Assembly (NCBI GenBank): GCA_035532715.1
Contig: DATKQO010000305.1
Coordinates: forward strand, 1-38,878
From: Gaiellaceae bacterium
GTDB taxonomy: Bacteria > Actinomycetota > Thermoleophilia > Gaiellales > Gaiellaceae
Reading direction: 5' to 3'
DNA length: 38,878 nt
Below are positions 14,781 to 23,472 of the stretch, one piece after another (the stretch's first letter is position 1; each line of letters starts with the position of its first letter). The notes below the pieces were generated by a model. It searched no databases and was not told where the DNA came from. It saw nothing but the letters and a program-made list of their open reading frames with translations. The position numbers were made by a program, and so were the translations under genes.

Positions 14781-15707
14781 CTAGCGTCGCGAACAGGCGG
14801 CAGCGGGAGCTTCGCCGAGCGTCGCGGCATCGAGCCGCGACCATTCGGCACCGCTCGTCTCGAGAAACGCGTAGAGGCTGACGCCGAGCACGCCGCAGTC
14901 CCGGACAGCGCGCATGAAGCCTCCCAGCTCCTGCACCCCCATCCGGTTCGCGATCCCGCCGATCAGGTGCACGGGCACGTCGGGGCGGCCCGTGTCCGCG
15001 CGGACGGCGAGGACGACATCGCGGGCGTACGCGTACGCCGCCGCCGGAGTCTTCGCGTAGTAGGTGAAGTACGCCATCGGGACGAACGCGTCGAACGTCG
15101 CCGCGAGCGGCGCGAACGGGAAACGCGGCCAGTAGTGCGGATGCCTGCGCATGCCCACCGGCGACGGGACGATCGCGCCGAGCGGGTACGCCGGCGGCGC
15201 GGCCGCTCGAATCGCCCGGGCGAGCGTCATCAGCCTCGCATCTCTGAGCTTCACGTTCGAGACGACGGTCGCCTCGATGTCGAGCGCGAACGAGTCGAAC
15301 GCCGCGCCGCGTGCAGAGCGGAAGCGAATGGCCGCAAGAGCACGGCGGCTGTCGACGGCAGGATCGGCGAACGAGGGGAGGTACCACGCGACGACCTTCA
15401 ACCCGGCCGCATGCGCGTCGTCGAGAAAGCGCCCGACCGCCGCACGGTCGACGATGTCCACCGGCTGGCTGTAGTTCGACGTCTGCAGATACAGCGTCCG
15501 GATGCGATGCGCCTGGAGCGATGCAACGACGGCGTCCGGGTGGCGCCAGGCTTGCTTCGCGAAGATGTCGACCCACGAGCCGAGGCCGCCGTAGACCGCG
15601 GCGGCGTCCGGCGGGGCGGCTGCGGTCGCGGTGTGCGAGGACGGGCCGAGCGCGAGCGTGAGCGCGACCGCGACCGCGACCGCACCGGCTGGGCCGAGGC
15701 GAGGCAT
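14781..15707 (-). CDS. secreted glycoside-hydrolase-like (GHL) TIM-barrel family protein
   Basis: Signal peptide MPRLGPAGAVAVAVALTLALG. GSWVDIF, TLYLQT, AHAAGLKVVAWY and FDSFALDIE blocks resemble uncharacterised GHL/DUF4015-type hydrolases. This call is the least secure part. Confidence 0.55.
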   Translation of the reverse strand: MPRLGPAGAVAVAVALTLALGPSSHTATAAAPPDAAAVYGGLGSWVDIFAKQAWRHPDAVVASLQAHRIRTLYLQTSNYSQPVDIVDRAAVGRFLDDAHAAGLKVVAWYLPSFADPAVDSRRALAAIRFRSARGAAFDSFALDIEATVVSNVKLRDARLMTLARAIRAAAPPAYPLGAIVPSPVGMRRHPHYWPRFPFAPLAATFDAFVPMAYFTYYAKTPAAAYAYARDVVLAVRADTGRPDVPVHLIGGIANRMGVQELGGFMRAVRDCGVLGVSLYAFLETSGAEWSRLDAATLGEAPAAACSRR

Positions 15708-15778
15708 CTCGACATCTCAGCACAGGGAGCACGGCACCGGGTGTCAGGGAATCGCCTGTTCCTGCCGATACAGGGCAG

Positions 15779-16123
15779 GTGACCCGAGGCGTCGGACTCG
15801 TGCTCTTCCTCGTCTCGCTCGCCGTGATCGGCGGGCTGTTCGCCATGCAGAGCAAGAGCCAGGGCCCGGCCGCGGCCGCGGTCACGCAAGAGGAGTCGCA
15901 GGCGATCGCGGCGGCGGCGTCGACGAGCTTCGCGCAGGTGACCGAGGTGCTGCAGGCGGACTACGCGCAGTCGGGCACCTACGTCGGTGCGCAGCTGCCG
16001 CCCGGTTCCGGCGTCACGCTCGCGCAGGCGACCGCCACGAGCTACTGCCTCGAGACGAACCTCGCCGGGACGCTCGTGCACGAGAGCGGCCCCGGCGGCT
16101 CCCCTGCCGCCGGCGCCTGCTGA
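15779..16123 (+). CDS. small membrane-anchored hypothetical protein
   Basis: GTG start, one N-terminal TM (GLVLFLVSLAVIGGLFA), and an Ala/Gln-rich ectodomain with two Cys. Coding-like but with no domain. Confidence 0.45.
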   Translation: MTRGVGLVLFLVSLAVIGGLFAMQSKSQGPAAAAVTQEESQAIAAAASTSFAQVTEVLQADYAQSGTYVGAQLPPGSGVTLAQATATSYCLETNLAGTLVHESGPGGSPAAGAC

Positions 16124-16136
16124 GCACCGCCGCCAG

Positions 16137-17117
16137 CTACGAGGAACTCTCCGTCGCGGCCGGGCTGCCGCCGCCGGTGGCGCGGATGCCGTTCGCGTCG
16201 AGGAGCCGCCGCAGCTGCTGCGCGTTCGTCGCCGCCTGCGAGATCCGGCCGAGCGGGTTGTTCGGATCGGCGGAGGTCGCGTTGTTGTTGAAGAACGCGT
16301 ACGCCTGCTCGGCCTGTCCCGCGAGCTCCTTCAGCGTGCCCGTCCACTCCTCGAGCTCCTCGTCGGAGTAGAGGTAGTCGAAGCGCTCGGCAGCCGAGCC
16401 GCCGCGCTTGTTCCACGTGCCGAGATTTCGCCCGTGGAAGCGGACGTACGCCGTGCCCGACGTGACGGCCGGCACCGTCGGGACGAGGTTCTTCGCGGAG
16501 CCGGAACGCGGCGCGTCGACCGTTACGTACGCCGCGCCGATCCGCTCGAGGAAGGCGAGCGTCTCGGCACGGTGTTCGTCGTCGAGCCATGAGCGGTGAC
16601 GAAACTCGACGAGCATCTCGTCGCGGCCGAGCTGCTCGCGCGCCCACTCGAGATACTCGAGCGAGCCGTCCTTGAAGACGACGTACGAGGGAAACTGGAA
16701 GAGGATGCCGCCGAGCTTGCCCTCGCGGCGCAGCGGCTCGAGCGCTTCGAGGAAACGCCGGAACACCTCGCCGCGAAGCTCGCGCGGCGGGCGGTCGACG
16801 CGACCGCGCTCGTCCACCGGCATCGCGTCGCGCAGGTCTTCGGGCAGGACCTCGAGCTTCACGGGGTGTCGCGTCATCAGGCCGAACGCCTTCACGTGCA
16901 TCACGAAGCCCGGCGGCGTCCGCGTCGCCCAGCCCTCGACCATGGACTCGCCCGGCAGCCGGTAGTACGTCGAGTCGACCTCGACCGTGTCGAAGAACTG
17001 CGCGTACCAGGCGAGACGCTCTTTCGCCGGCAGCTTCGGCGGATAGAAGTGCTTCGACAGGGCGTCGTCGGCCCAGGAGCACGTCCCGATGCGAATGGGT
17101 GGGGTCAGGCCCTGCAC
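16137..17117 (-). CDS. DUF72 (UPF0759) family protein
   Basis: IRIGTCSWADD ... FYPP ... ERLAWYAQFFDTVEVDSTYYRLP ... FQFP ... EFRHRSW ... YVRFHGRN are canonical DUF72 blocks. GTG start. Confidence 0.85.
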   Translation of the reverse strand: MQGLTPPIRIGTCSWADDALSKHFYPPKLPAKERLAWYAQFFDTVEVDSTYYRLPGESMVEGWATRTPPGFVMHVKAFGLMTRHPVKLEVLPEDLRDAMPVDERGRVDRPPRELRGEVFRRFLEALEPLRREGKLGGILFQFPSYVVFKDGSLEYLEWAREQLGRDEMLVEFRHRSWLDDEHRAETLAFLERIGAAYVTVDAPRSGSAKNLVPTVPAVTSGTAYVRFHGRNLGTWNKRGGSAAERFDYLYSDEELEEWTGTLKELAGQAEQAYAFFNNNATSADPNNPLGRISQAATNAQQLRRLLDANGIRATGGGSPAATESSS

Positions 17118-17202
17118 CGTAGTGCACGATCGTGCGTGTCACCGTCCAGGGCGGCAGCGTCGCGCCGGCGCAGCCGGCCGGTAAGGAGGACGCGCGGCCG
17201 GG

Positions 17203-18609
17203 TCATCGCGAGACCGCCCTCGCGAGGACCGAGAGGTGCAGCGTCGCGCGTCCGATCGTGATCTCGGCGGCGGGCTGCACCGCTGCGATGTAGAGCGCGT
17301 CGCCGGGATCTTGCGCGAGCGAGGTCGAGCTCAGATAGACGACGAGCTTCCTTCCGGCCGGAATGCGCACGGCCTCGTCCATCAACTTGATCGTGGCGGT
17401 GCCGCTCGCTTTGTCGAGCTTGACGCCTCCGGCGCTGATCGGGCTCGAGCTGCCGCTGATCGCGAGCACGGCGACGAGGCGGTCCCAGCTGCGCGCACCG
17501 GAGTAGCGCACGGTCAGCGTGGTGTCGCCGAGCGTCTCGTGCGGTCCGCCCGTGATGCGGACGCTGCGGACGACCTTGCCCGTCGCGCCGTCCATCGTCG
17601 TCGAGCCGGGAAGCGCGACCGAGATGGTCTTCGTTGCCGGCGTGGACGAGTACGTCGTCGTCTTGCCGTCGTACGGATCGTGTCCGATCTCGACGACGGA
17701 CGGCGGCAGCGTCGCCGGCGCGCCTTTGAGGTAGTGGTCGAACCACTTCACCGCTTCGCCCCAGTAGATCGCCGCATCGGGCGCGGTGGCGGGAGAGATC
17801 CCCGGCGCGTGGCCGAGGTCGCCGAGATAGAGCCGCTTCGGCCCCTTGAGCAGCCTGTAGGCCGCGAGCCCCTGGTCGACGTCGAAGAGAAAGTCGCGCC
17901 GGCCCTGGATCATGAGCGTCGGCGTCGTGATCGACGCGAGCTGCTTCAGGGGCGAGCGCGTCGACGCGAGCGCCGCCACGGTGCTCATGTTCGTGCTCGT
18001 CAGGAGCGAGCTCGACGCGGCGAGCAGCTCGGGACCCCAGCGGTTCTGCGGCACGAGCGAGGCGAGGAGCTGGACGAGCCCCGACTTCGAGAGGCCCTGC
18101 GGCGCGAGTGCGGTGGTGAGGTTCGTCCACGCGATCACCGGGACGATCGCCTTGAAGGGAACGCCCGCCACGGTGGCGTTCCAGACGGCGCCGCCGCCGA
18201 GCGAGATGCCGAGCGCGCCGATCTCGGTGTCGGAGATCTCGGGCCGGGCCGTGAGCCAGGCGAAGAGCTCCTTCGTGTCGAGCACGTCGCGCGGCCCGTC
18301 GAGCCCGAAGAGGCCGCCGGAGGCGCCGTGTCCGCGCGCGTCGCACGCGAGCGACGCATAGCCGGCCGGCGCGAGGATCTGCGTCGCGAGCGGCTCCATG
18401 TCCTGATGGGTTCCGCCGAGGCCGTGGAAGAGCATGACGGCCGGCCAGCCGCCTGTCGGCGGCGTCCCGTCGGGCTCGGTGAGCGAGCAGGCGAGCGCGG
18501 TTCCGTCGGAGGCCGTGATCGTCAGCTCGAGCGGGGTTGCAGCGAGTCCCGAGGCGCTCGAGGCGAGCGCTGCGAGAACGACTCCGATCAACGCGACGCG
18601 TCGACCCAC
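17203..18609 (-). CDS. secreted alpha/beta hydrolase, CocE/NonD / X-Pro dipeptidyl-peptidase (S15)-like
   Basis: Signal peptide, then PAVMLFHGLGGTH, nucleophile elbow GISLGGG, and a C-terminal beta-sandwich-like region as in S15/CocE proteins. GTG start. Confidence 0.72.
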   Translation of the reverse strand: MGRRVALIGVVLAALASSASGLAATPLELTITASDGTALACSLTEPDGTPPTGGWPAVMLFHGLGGTHQDMEPLATQILAPAGYASLACDARGHGASGGLFGLDGPRDVLDTKELFAWLTARPEISDTEIGALGISLGGGAVWNATVAGVPFKAIVPVIAWTNLTTALAPQGLSKSGLVQLLASLVPQNRWGPELLAASSSLLTSTNMSTVAALASTRSPLKQLASITTPTLMIQGRRDFLFDVDQGLAAYRLLKGPKRLYLGDLGHAPGISPATAPDAAIYWGEAVKWFDHYLKGAPATLPPSVVEIGHDPYDGKTTTYSSTPATKTISVALPGSTTMDGATGKVVRSVRITGGPHETLGDTTLTVRYSGARSWDRLVAVLAISGSSSPISAGGVKLDKASGTATIKLMDEAVRIPAGRKLVVYLSSTSLAQDPGDALYIAAVQPAAEITIGRATLHLSVLARAVSR

Positions 18610-18619
18610 GACGTGCCCC

Positions 18620-18625
18620 AGCCTA
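18620..18625 (-). promoter_or_regulatory. putative -10 box TAGGCT, 10 nt upstream of peptidase GTG 18609
   Basis: Plus strand reads AGCCTA. The longer spacer implies a 2-4 nt leader. Confidence 0.35.
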
Positions 18626-18634
18626 GCCCGGTTC

Positions 18635-18640
18635 TAGAAT
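18635..18640 (+). promoter_or_regulatory. putative -10 box TAGAAT, 6 nt upstream of murI ATG 18647, leaderless
   Basis: ttcTAGAATcgccgcATG read directly. Confidence 0.5.
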
Positions 18641-18646
18641 CGCCGC

Positions 18647-19468
18647 ATGGACGAGCGGCCGGTGGGGGTGTTCGACTCGGGAGTGGGCGGGCTCACGGTG
18701 CTGCACGAGTGCCTCGTGACGATGCCGCACGAGGATTTCGTCTATCTCGGCGACCATGCCAGGCTCCCGTACGGCCCGCGGCCGCTCGCAGAGGTGCGGG
18801 CGTTCGCGCGGGAGATCGGCGCGTATCTCGAGGCGCAGCACGTGAAGCTGATCGTCGTCGCTTGCAACACGGCGACCTCGGCCGCGCTGCCGCATCTCCA
18901 GGAGGAGCTCACCGTTCCGGTCGTCGGTGTGCTCACGCCAGAGGCGCACGCCGCGGTGCAGGCGACGCGCAACCGGCGCGTCGGCCTGCTCGCGACGCAG
19001 GGCACCGTCGACTCCGGACGATACGGTGAGCTCGTGCGCGCACTCGACGCCGGCGTCTCGCTTCTCCCCGTCGCCTGTCCGCGACTCGTTCCGCTGATCG
19101 AGGGCGACGATCCGTACGGCGAGGAGACGGAGCTGGCGGTGCGAGAGTACGCCGAGCCGTTGACGACCGCCGGCGTCGACACGGTCATCCTCGGCTGCAC
19201 CCATTACCCGCTCATCCGGCCCGTCTTCCAGCGCGTCTTCGGCCGCGGCGTGACGCTCGTCTTCTCCGCGGAGGAGACCGCACGCGAAGTGTCGGAGACG
19301 CTCGCGCGCAAGGGGATCGAAAACGACGGCGCGCGCCGCGGCGCGTACCGTTTCCTCTCCACCGGCGACCCGGAGGCGTTCCGCGAGATGGGCCGCCGCT
19401 TCCTGCAGCTGCCGCTCGGCGAGGTCGAGCACGTGACGCTCGCGCAGCTCGAGGCGGCTGCGGCGTGA
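18647..19468 (+). CDS. murI: glutamate racemase
   Basis: [26 protein letters not shown] and [10 protein letters not shown] catalytic-Cys motifs. Confidence 0.93.
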   Translation: MDERPVGVFDSGVGGLTVLHECLVTMPHEDFVYLGDHARLPYGPRPLAEVRAFAREIGAYLEAQHVKLIVVACNTATSAALPHLQEELTVPVVGVLTPEAHAAVQATRNRRVGLLATQGTVDSGRYGELVRALDAGVSLLPVACPRLVPLIEGDDPYGEETELAVREYAEPLTTAGVDTVILGCTHYPLIRPVFQRVFGRGVTLVFSAEETAREVSETLARKGIENDGARRGAYRFLSTGDPEAFREMGRRFLQLPLGEVEHVTLAQLEAAAA

Positions 19469-20178
19469 CCCGCAACGACGGTCGGCCCCCCGACCGCCTG
19501 CGCCCGATCACCTTCGAGGTCGACTACCTCGAGCAGCCGCACGGCTCCGTGCTCGTGAGCCAGGGCAAGACGAAGGTCCTCTGCACAGCGATGATCCAGG
19601 AAGAGGTACCGCGCTGGATGCGCAACCAGGGCCGGGGCTGGATGACCGCCGAGTACTCCCTCCTCCCGGCGTCGACCGGGGACCGCGTCGCGCGCGAGGC
19701 CGCGCGTGGCAAGCAGCAGGGGCGGACGGTCGAGATCCAGCGGCTCATCGGGCGCGCGCTCCGAGGCGTCGTCGACTTCCGCGCACTCGGCGAACGGACG
19801 ATGTGGCTCGACTGCGACGTGTTGCAGGCCGACGGCGGCACGCGTTGTGCCGCGATCTCCGGCGCGTACGTCGCGGGAAGGCGCGCGCTCGACCGCTTCG
19901 GTCTCTCGAAGGCATTCGTCGACTCGGTCGCCGCCGTGTCGGTCGGCGTCGTGGACGGCGTCCCGCTGCTCGACCTCGACTACTCGGAGGACTCGAACGC
20001 CGACACCGACATGAACGTCGTGATGACGGGCGACGGCCGCCTCATCGAGGTGCAGGCGACGGCCGAGCGCGATCCGTTCACCCGCGACACGCTCGATGCG
20101 CTGCTCGAGCTCGCCGAGGCCGGGATCGCGGAGATCGGCGGGCTCCAGGAGGAGGCCATCTCCGTTGCACTCCCTTAG
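19465..20178 (+). CDS. rph: ribonuclease PH
   Basis: [45 protein letters not shown] and [19 protein letters not shown] overlap with murI. Confidence 0.95.
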   Translation: MTRNDGRPPDRLRPITFEVDYLEQPHGSVLVSQGKTKVLCTAMIQEEVPRWMRNQGRGWMTAEYSLLPASTGDRVAREAARGKQQGRTVEIQRLIGRALRGVVDFRALGERTMWLDCDVLQADGGTRCAAISGAYVAGRRALDRFGLSKAFVDSVAAVSVGVVDGVPLLDLDYSEDSNADTDMNVVMTGDGRLIEVQATAERDPFTRDTLDALLELAEAGIAEIGGLQEEAISVALP

Positions 20179-20869
20179 CCTCGCCGTCATCCCGTCGCTC
20201 TCCTGGCCGCACGTGCTGCTGCGTCTCTCCGTCGCGGCCGCGCTCGGCGGCGCGATCGGCATGGAGCGCGAGCTGCGCGAGCGGCAGGCGGGTCTGCGCA
20301 CGCACCTCGTCGTCTGCGTCGGGTCGGCGCTCTTCACGCTCGTGTCCGCGTACGGCTTCCGCGACTTTCTCATCAGCAGCGGCTCGCTCGTGCGCGCCGA
20401 CCCGACGCGGATCGCCGCGCAGATCGTGAGCGGCATCGGCTTCCTCGGAGCGGGCGCGATCATCCGCCAGGGCCTGTCGGTCCGCGGCCTGACCACTGCG
20501 GCGACCCTGTGGCTCGTCGCGGCGATCGGCATGGCGTCCGGCGCCGGCTACTACGACGCCGCCGTGATGGCCACGCTCGGCGCGCTGCTCACCCTCGGAC
20601 CGTTGCGGATCTTCGCGTTCCGGTTCACCCGTCGCTTCCGCCCGGAGGTCGACCGGCTGCTCGTCGATGTGCCCGCCGGTGGGAGCCCGGCGCCGGTGAT
20701 CGAGGCGATCGAGCTCGCCGGCGGCCGCGTCGTGTCGATGGACATCGCGCAGGAGGGCGACCGCCGCAGCATCGCGGTCGACGTCGAGCTCCGCGGCACG
20801 GTGGGGCCGACGGTCGTCGCGCTCGTTGCCGACATCGACGGCGTTCTCGAGGTGCGGTGGACGGAGTGA
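20165..20869 (+). CDS. mgtC: MgtC/SapB family membrane protein with C-terminal ACT-like domain
   Basis: [40 protein letters not shown] is the MgtC signature. The start is uncertain: TTG 20165 overlaps rph by 14 nt, and GTG 20213 is the alternative. Confidence 0.78.
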   Translation: MHSLSLAVIPSLSWPHVLLRLSVAAALGGAIGMERELRERQAGLRTHLVVCVGSALFTLVSAYGFRDFLISSGSLVRADPTRIAAQIVSGIGFLGAGAIIRQGLSVRGLTTAATLWLVAAIGMASGAGYYDAAVMATLGALLTLGPLRIFAFRFTRRFRPEVDRLLVDVPAGGSPAPVIEAIELAGGRVVSMDIAQEGDRRSIAVDVELRGTVGPTVVALVADIDGVLEVRWTE

Positions 20870-21435
20870 CCGCGGTTCTCTGCTCGCGCAACGCGCACAA
20901 GGCGCGGGAGCTCGAGCGGCTGCTTCCCGGGTGGAGGATCGAGACGCTCGCCGCGGACGACTATCCGGAGGAGACGGCCGAGACGTACTCCGACAACGCC
21001 CTGCTCAAGGCCGCGTTCGGTTTCGAGCGTGTCGGCGGCTGGACGATCGGCGAGGACTCGGGGATCGAGGTCGATGCGCTCGACGGGCGTCCCGGGCTGC
21101 ACTCGGCGCGTTATGCGCCGGAGGGCGCTCCCGCGATCGCGAAGCTCCTGGGCGAGCTCGACGGAGTCGAGAACCGCCGCGCCCGGTATGTGTCGGAGCT
21201 CGTCGCGATCGCTCCGGATCGCACCGTGTATCGCGGCACGGGTGTGCTCGAAGGGCGGATCGCCGCCGAGCCGCGAGGCAGCGAGGGCTTCGGCTACGAC
21301 CCGGTCTTCATCCCCGACGGCGAGGAGCGGACGGTCGGCGAGCTCGGCGACGAGTGGAAGGCCGAGCACTCGCATCGCGCCCGCGCCGCTCGTGCGCTAC
21401 GCGCGGCCCTCGACGGCGTCGCTTTCTTTGCGTGA
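20866..21435 (+). CDS. rdgB: non-canonical purine NTP pyrophosphatase (RdgB/HAM1 family)
   Basis: GTG 20866 overlaps the mgtC stop (GTGA). SRNAHKARELERLL, EDSGIEVDALDGRPGLHSARY, GFGYDPVF and SHRARAARAL. Confidence 0.85.
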   Translation: MTAVLCSRNAHKARELERLLPGWRIETLAADDYPEETAETYSDNALLKAAFGFERVGGWTIGEDSGIEVDALDGRPGLHSARYAPEGAPAIAKLLGELDGVENRRARYVSELVAIAPDRTVYRGTGVLEGRIAAEPRGSEGFGYDPVFIPDGEERTVGELGDEWKAEHSHRARAARALRAALDGVAFFA

Positions 21436-22257
21436 CGCGCGCCGCTCGGCGTACCACCAGTTCAGCTCCGCGCCGAAGACGATCATGTTCGCCATCACGT
21501 AGAGCCAGAGCAGGAGGATCGCAGGGCCGCCGAGGACGCGCAGCGTCACGTTCACGTCGGCGAGCCGGACGAAGATCGGCAGCACCTGAAACGACGCTTC
21601 GAGCACCACCGACGCGAAGATCGCGCCCGGGAGCGCGTCGTGCAGCGTCACCAGCGTGTTCGGGAGAAGCCGGTACACCGCGAGGAGGAACACGAACACG
21701 CCGAGCAGCGACACGGCGATCGACACGACGTACGCGACGATGCCGTTGCCGACGATCCCCGGTGCGTAGTGCGCCAGCACGGCGACGCCGAACGCCCCGA
21801 CGACCAGGCTCGCAAAGAGCGTCACGATCGAGCCGACCATCACTGTCCCGGCGAGCGCCTTCCCTTTGAGGAACGGGCGGTTCGGCAGGCCGTAGACGAG
21901 GTTCAGCGCCGACTCGAGCGCGCTGAAGAGCGACAGCGACGACCAGAGCAGCGCGATGCCGCCGATGATCCCGAGCGTCGCGGCGTTGTCCTGCACGCGG
22001 TGAACGAGCGAGAGGATGCTTTCGAGCGAGCTGCCGGGAAACGCCTGGGCGAGCTCCCTCACGAGGAAGTCCGAGGCGTCGGCCCGGTGGGCGAGCCCGA
22101 GCAGCGACAGCGCGAGGAAGATGATCGGCACGAACGAGAGCAGGGCGAAGTACGCCACCATCGCTGCGAGATGGGTGCCGCGGTCGGCGAAGAACTTCGC
22201 CACGATCGATCGCTTCCGAAGTCGCACCTGCCGGAGTTTGCATCCTGTTAGCCTCAT
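21397..22257 (-). CDS. YihY/BrkB (ribonuclease BN-like) family membrane protein
   Basis: LAAMVAYFALLSFVPIIFL, six TM segments, and the C-terminal MIVFGAELNWWY. The 3' end overlaps rdgB convergently by 39 nt. The start could also be an in-frame GTG 30 or 54 nt downstream. Confidence 0.78.
   Translation of the reverse strand: MRLTGCKLRQVRLRKRSIVAKFFADRGTHLAAMVAYFALLSFVPIIFLALSLLGLAHRADASDFLVRELAQAFPGSSLESILSLVHRVQDNAATLGIIGGIALLWSSLSLFSALESALNLVYGLPNRPFLKGKALAGTVMVGSIVTLFASLVVGAFGVAVLAHYAPGIVGNGIVAYVVSIAVSLLGVFVFLLAVYRLLPNTLVTLHDALPGAIFASVVLEASFQVLPIFVRLADVNVTLRVLGGPAILLLWLYVMANMIVFGAELNWWYAERRASRKESDAVEGRA
22249..22254 (+). promoter_or_regulatory. putative -10 box TAGCCT, 7 nt upstream of ATG 22262 (Roadblock/LC7 gene)
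   Basis: gtTAGCCTcatggcgATG read directly. Confidence 0.4.
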
Positions 22258-22261
22258 GGCG

Positions 22262-22654
22262 ATGGATGCACAGCAGGCACTCGCCGACCTGACCGAGATC
22301 TCGTCGCAGATCGAAGCCGCCGTCCTCTTCGACGAGCAGGGCGGCGTCGTGGGCTCGACGCTCGCGAGCGAGGAGGCTGCGCAGGAGCTCGCGGCGGCCG
22401 CCGGCCGCCTCCTCGAGGACGCCGGCGCGTTCCGCCCGGCCGGCGGCGAGGTCGCCCAGCTCGAGGCGTCGACACAGGAGGGAAGCGTCTTCGTCGTGCG
22501 TGACGGCGCGCGCCGGATCGCGGCGACGACGGGCCCCGCGCCGACCGTGGGCCTCGTCTTCTACGACCTGAAGAGCTGCCTGCGCGGCACCGAGGAGCCG
22601 GCGACGCCGAAGCGGCGCCCGCGGAAGAAGGAGCCGGCAGATGGCGAAGCGTAA
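22262..22654 (+). CDS. Roadblock/LC7 (MglB-like) domain protein with basic C-terminal tail
   Basis: ALADLTEISSQIEAAVLFDEQGGVVGST ... VFVVRDGARRIAATTGP fits the Roadblock/LC7 pattern. I prefer ATG 22262 because TAGCCT lies 7 nt upstream. ATG 22256 is two codons upstream in frame. Confidence 0.6.
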   Translation: MDAQQALADLTEISSQIEAAVLFDEQGGVVGSTLASEEAAQELAAAAGRLLEDAGAFRPAGGEVAQLEASTQEGSVFVVRDGARRIAATTGPAPTVGLVFYDLKSCLRGTEEPATPKRRPRKKEPADGEA

Positions 22655-22850
22655 GTTCCTCGGCCTCGTCGGCTTCGGCACCGGCCTCTTCGCGGGCACG
22701 GTCCTCTACCGGCGCTCGACCGGACGCCGCCGCGATCGCGTCGACGTCTACTTCGACGACGGCTCCATGGTCTCACTCGTCGAAGGGGCCCCGGAGGCGG
22801 ACGCGCTCCTGCCGGTCGCCCGCGACGTTCTCGCAGCCACACGCCGGTGA
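22641..22850 (+). CDS. small membrane protein (69 aa), hypothetical
   Basis: MAKRKFLGLVGFGTGLFAGTVLY single TM. It overlaps the upstream gene by 14 nt and pyrE by 4 nt (GTGA), consistent with coupling. Confidence 0.4.
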   Translation: MAKRKFLGLVGFGTGLFAGTVLYRRSTGRRRDRVDVYFDDGSMVSLVEGAPEADALLPVARDVLAATRR

Positions 22851-23404
22851 GCGAGGACGCGCTCGCATGCGCGCTCGTCGAGCACGCATACCTCGAAGGC
22901 GACTTCCTGCTCCGGTCGGGAAAGCGGTCGCGGTACTACCTCGACAAGTACCGCTTCGAGACGCGTCCCGAGTTGCTCCGCCCGCTCGGCGAGCGGATCG
23001 CGGCGGTGGTGCGCGAGCACGCGCCCGACGCGACCCGGCTCGCCGGCCCGGAGCTCGGCGCGGTCGCGCTCGCCGCGGCGGCGTCGCTCGAGTCCGGCCT
23101 CCCGTTTCTCATCGTGCGCAAGGCGGCAAAGGAGTACGGCACGGCGAACCGGCTCGAGGGCACCTTCGAGGAGGGGGAGTGCGTCTGCGTCGTGGAGGAC
23201 GTCGTGACCTCAGGCGGTGCCCTGCTCGAGTCGGTCGAAGCGCTTCGTGGAGCGGGACTTGTCGTGCACACCGCGGTCTGTGTCGTCGACCGCGAGGAGG
23301 GCGGCGCGGACGCGCTCGCGCGCCACGCGGTGCGTTTGCGGCCGCTGTTTCGGGCAGGAGAGCTTCTGAAGAGCGCGAAAAGTCCCGCAAAACCGCATGG
23401 TTGA
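22847..23404 (+). CDS. pyrE: orotate phosphoribosyltransferase
   Basis: GDFLLRSGKRSRYYLD and the PRPP motif VCVVEDVVTSGGAL. Confidence 0.9.
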   Translation: MSEDALACALVEHAYLEGDFLLRSGKRSRYYLDKYRFETRPELLRPLGERIAAVVREHAPDATRLAGPELGAVALAAAASLESGLPFLIVRKAAKEYGTANRLEGTFEEGECVCVVEDVVTSGGALLESVEALRGAGLVVHTAVCVVDREEGGADALARHAVRLRPLFRAGELLKSAKSPAKPHG

Positions 23405-23429
23405 GCCGTTACTACGACCCTGGTAGGGT
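23401..23429 (+). promoter_or_regulatory. putative sigma-70-type promoter of hup: -35 TTGAGC, 17-nt spacer, extended -10 TGgTAGGGT
   Basis: TTGAGC 23401-23406 overlaps the pyrE stop. TAGGGT 23424-23429 is preceded by TGg. A ~37-nt leader follows, with AGGAGGAG before GTG 23473. Confidence 0.55.
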
Positions 23430-23472
23430 CAATTCGGCCCGTGGAACTGATCAACGACAGGAGGAGAGGCAC

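Noticed and set aside
15664-15681. A tandem hexanucleotide repeat (GCGACC)x3. A similar (GCGAGC)x3 lies at 26568-26585.
   Set aside because: Both lie inside coding regions, encoding AVAVAV in a signal peptide and LALALA respectively. They have only three units and no spacer structure. They are not CRISPR or a regulatory array, and at most are minor in-frame slippage sites.
20176-20191. TAGCCT at the rph stop as a leaderless promoter for mgtC.
   Set aside because: The codon 7 nt downstream is ATC, not a usual start. The next in-frame start (GTG 20213) would leave a ~24-nt leader without an SD. I did not count it among the leaderless cases.
21397-21435. A 39-nt convergent 3' overlap of rdgB and the yihY-like gene.
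   Set aside because: It is real as far as the ORFs go. Tail-to-tail overlaps of poorly conserved C-termini are common in compact GC-rich genomes, and I see no further signal there.
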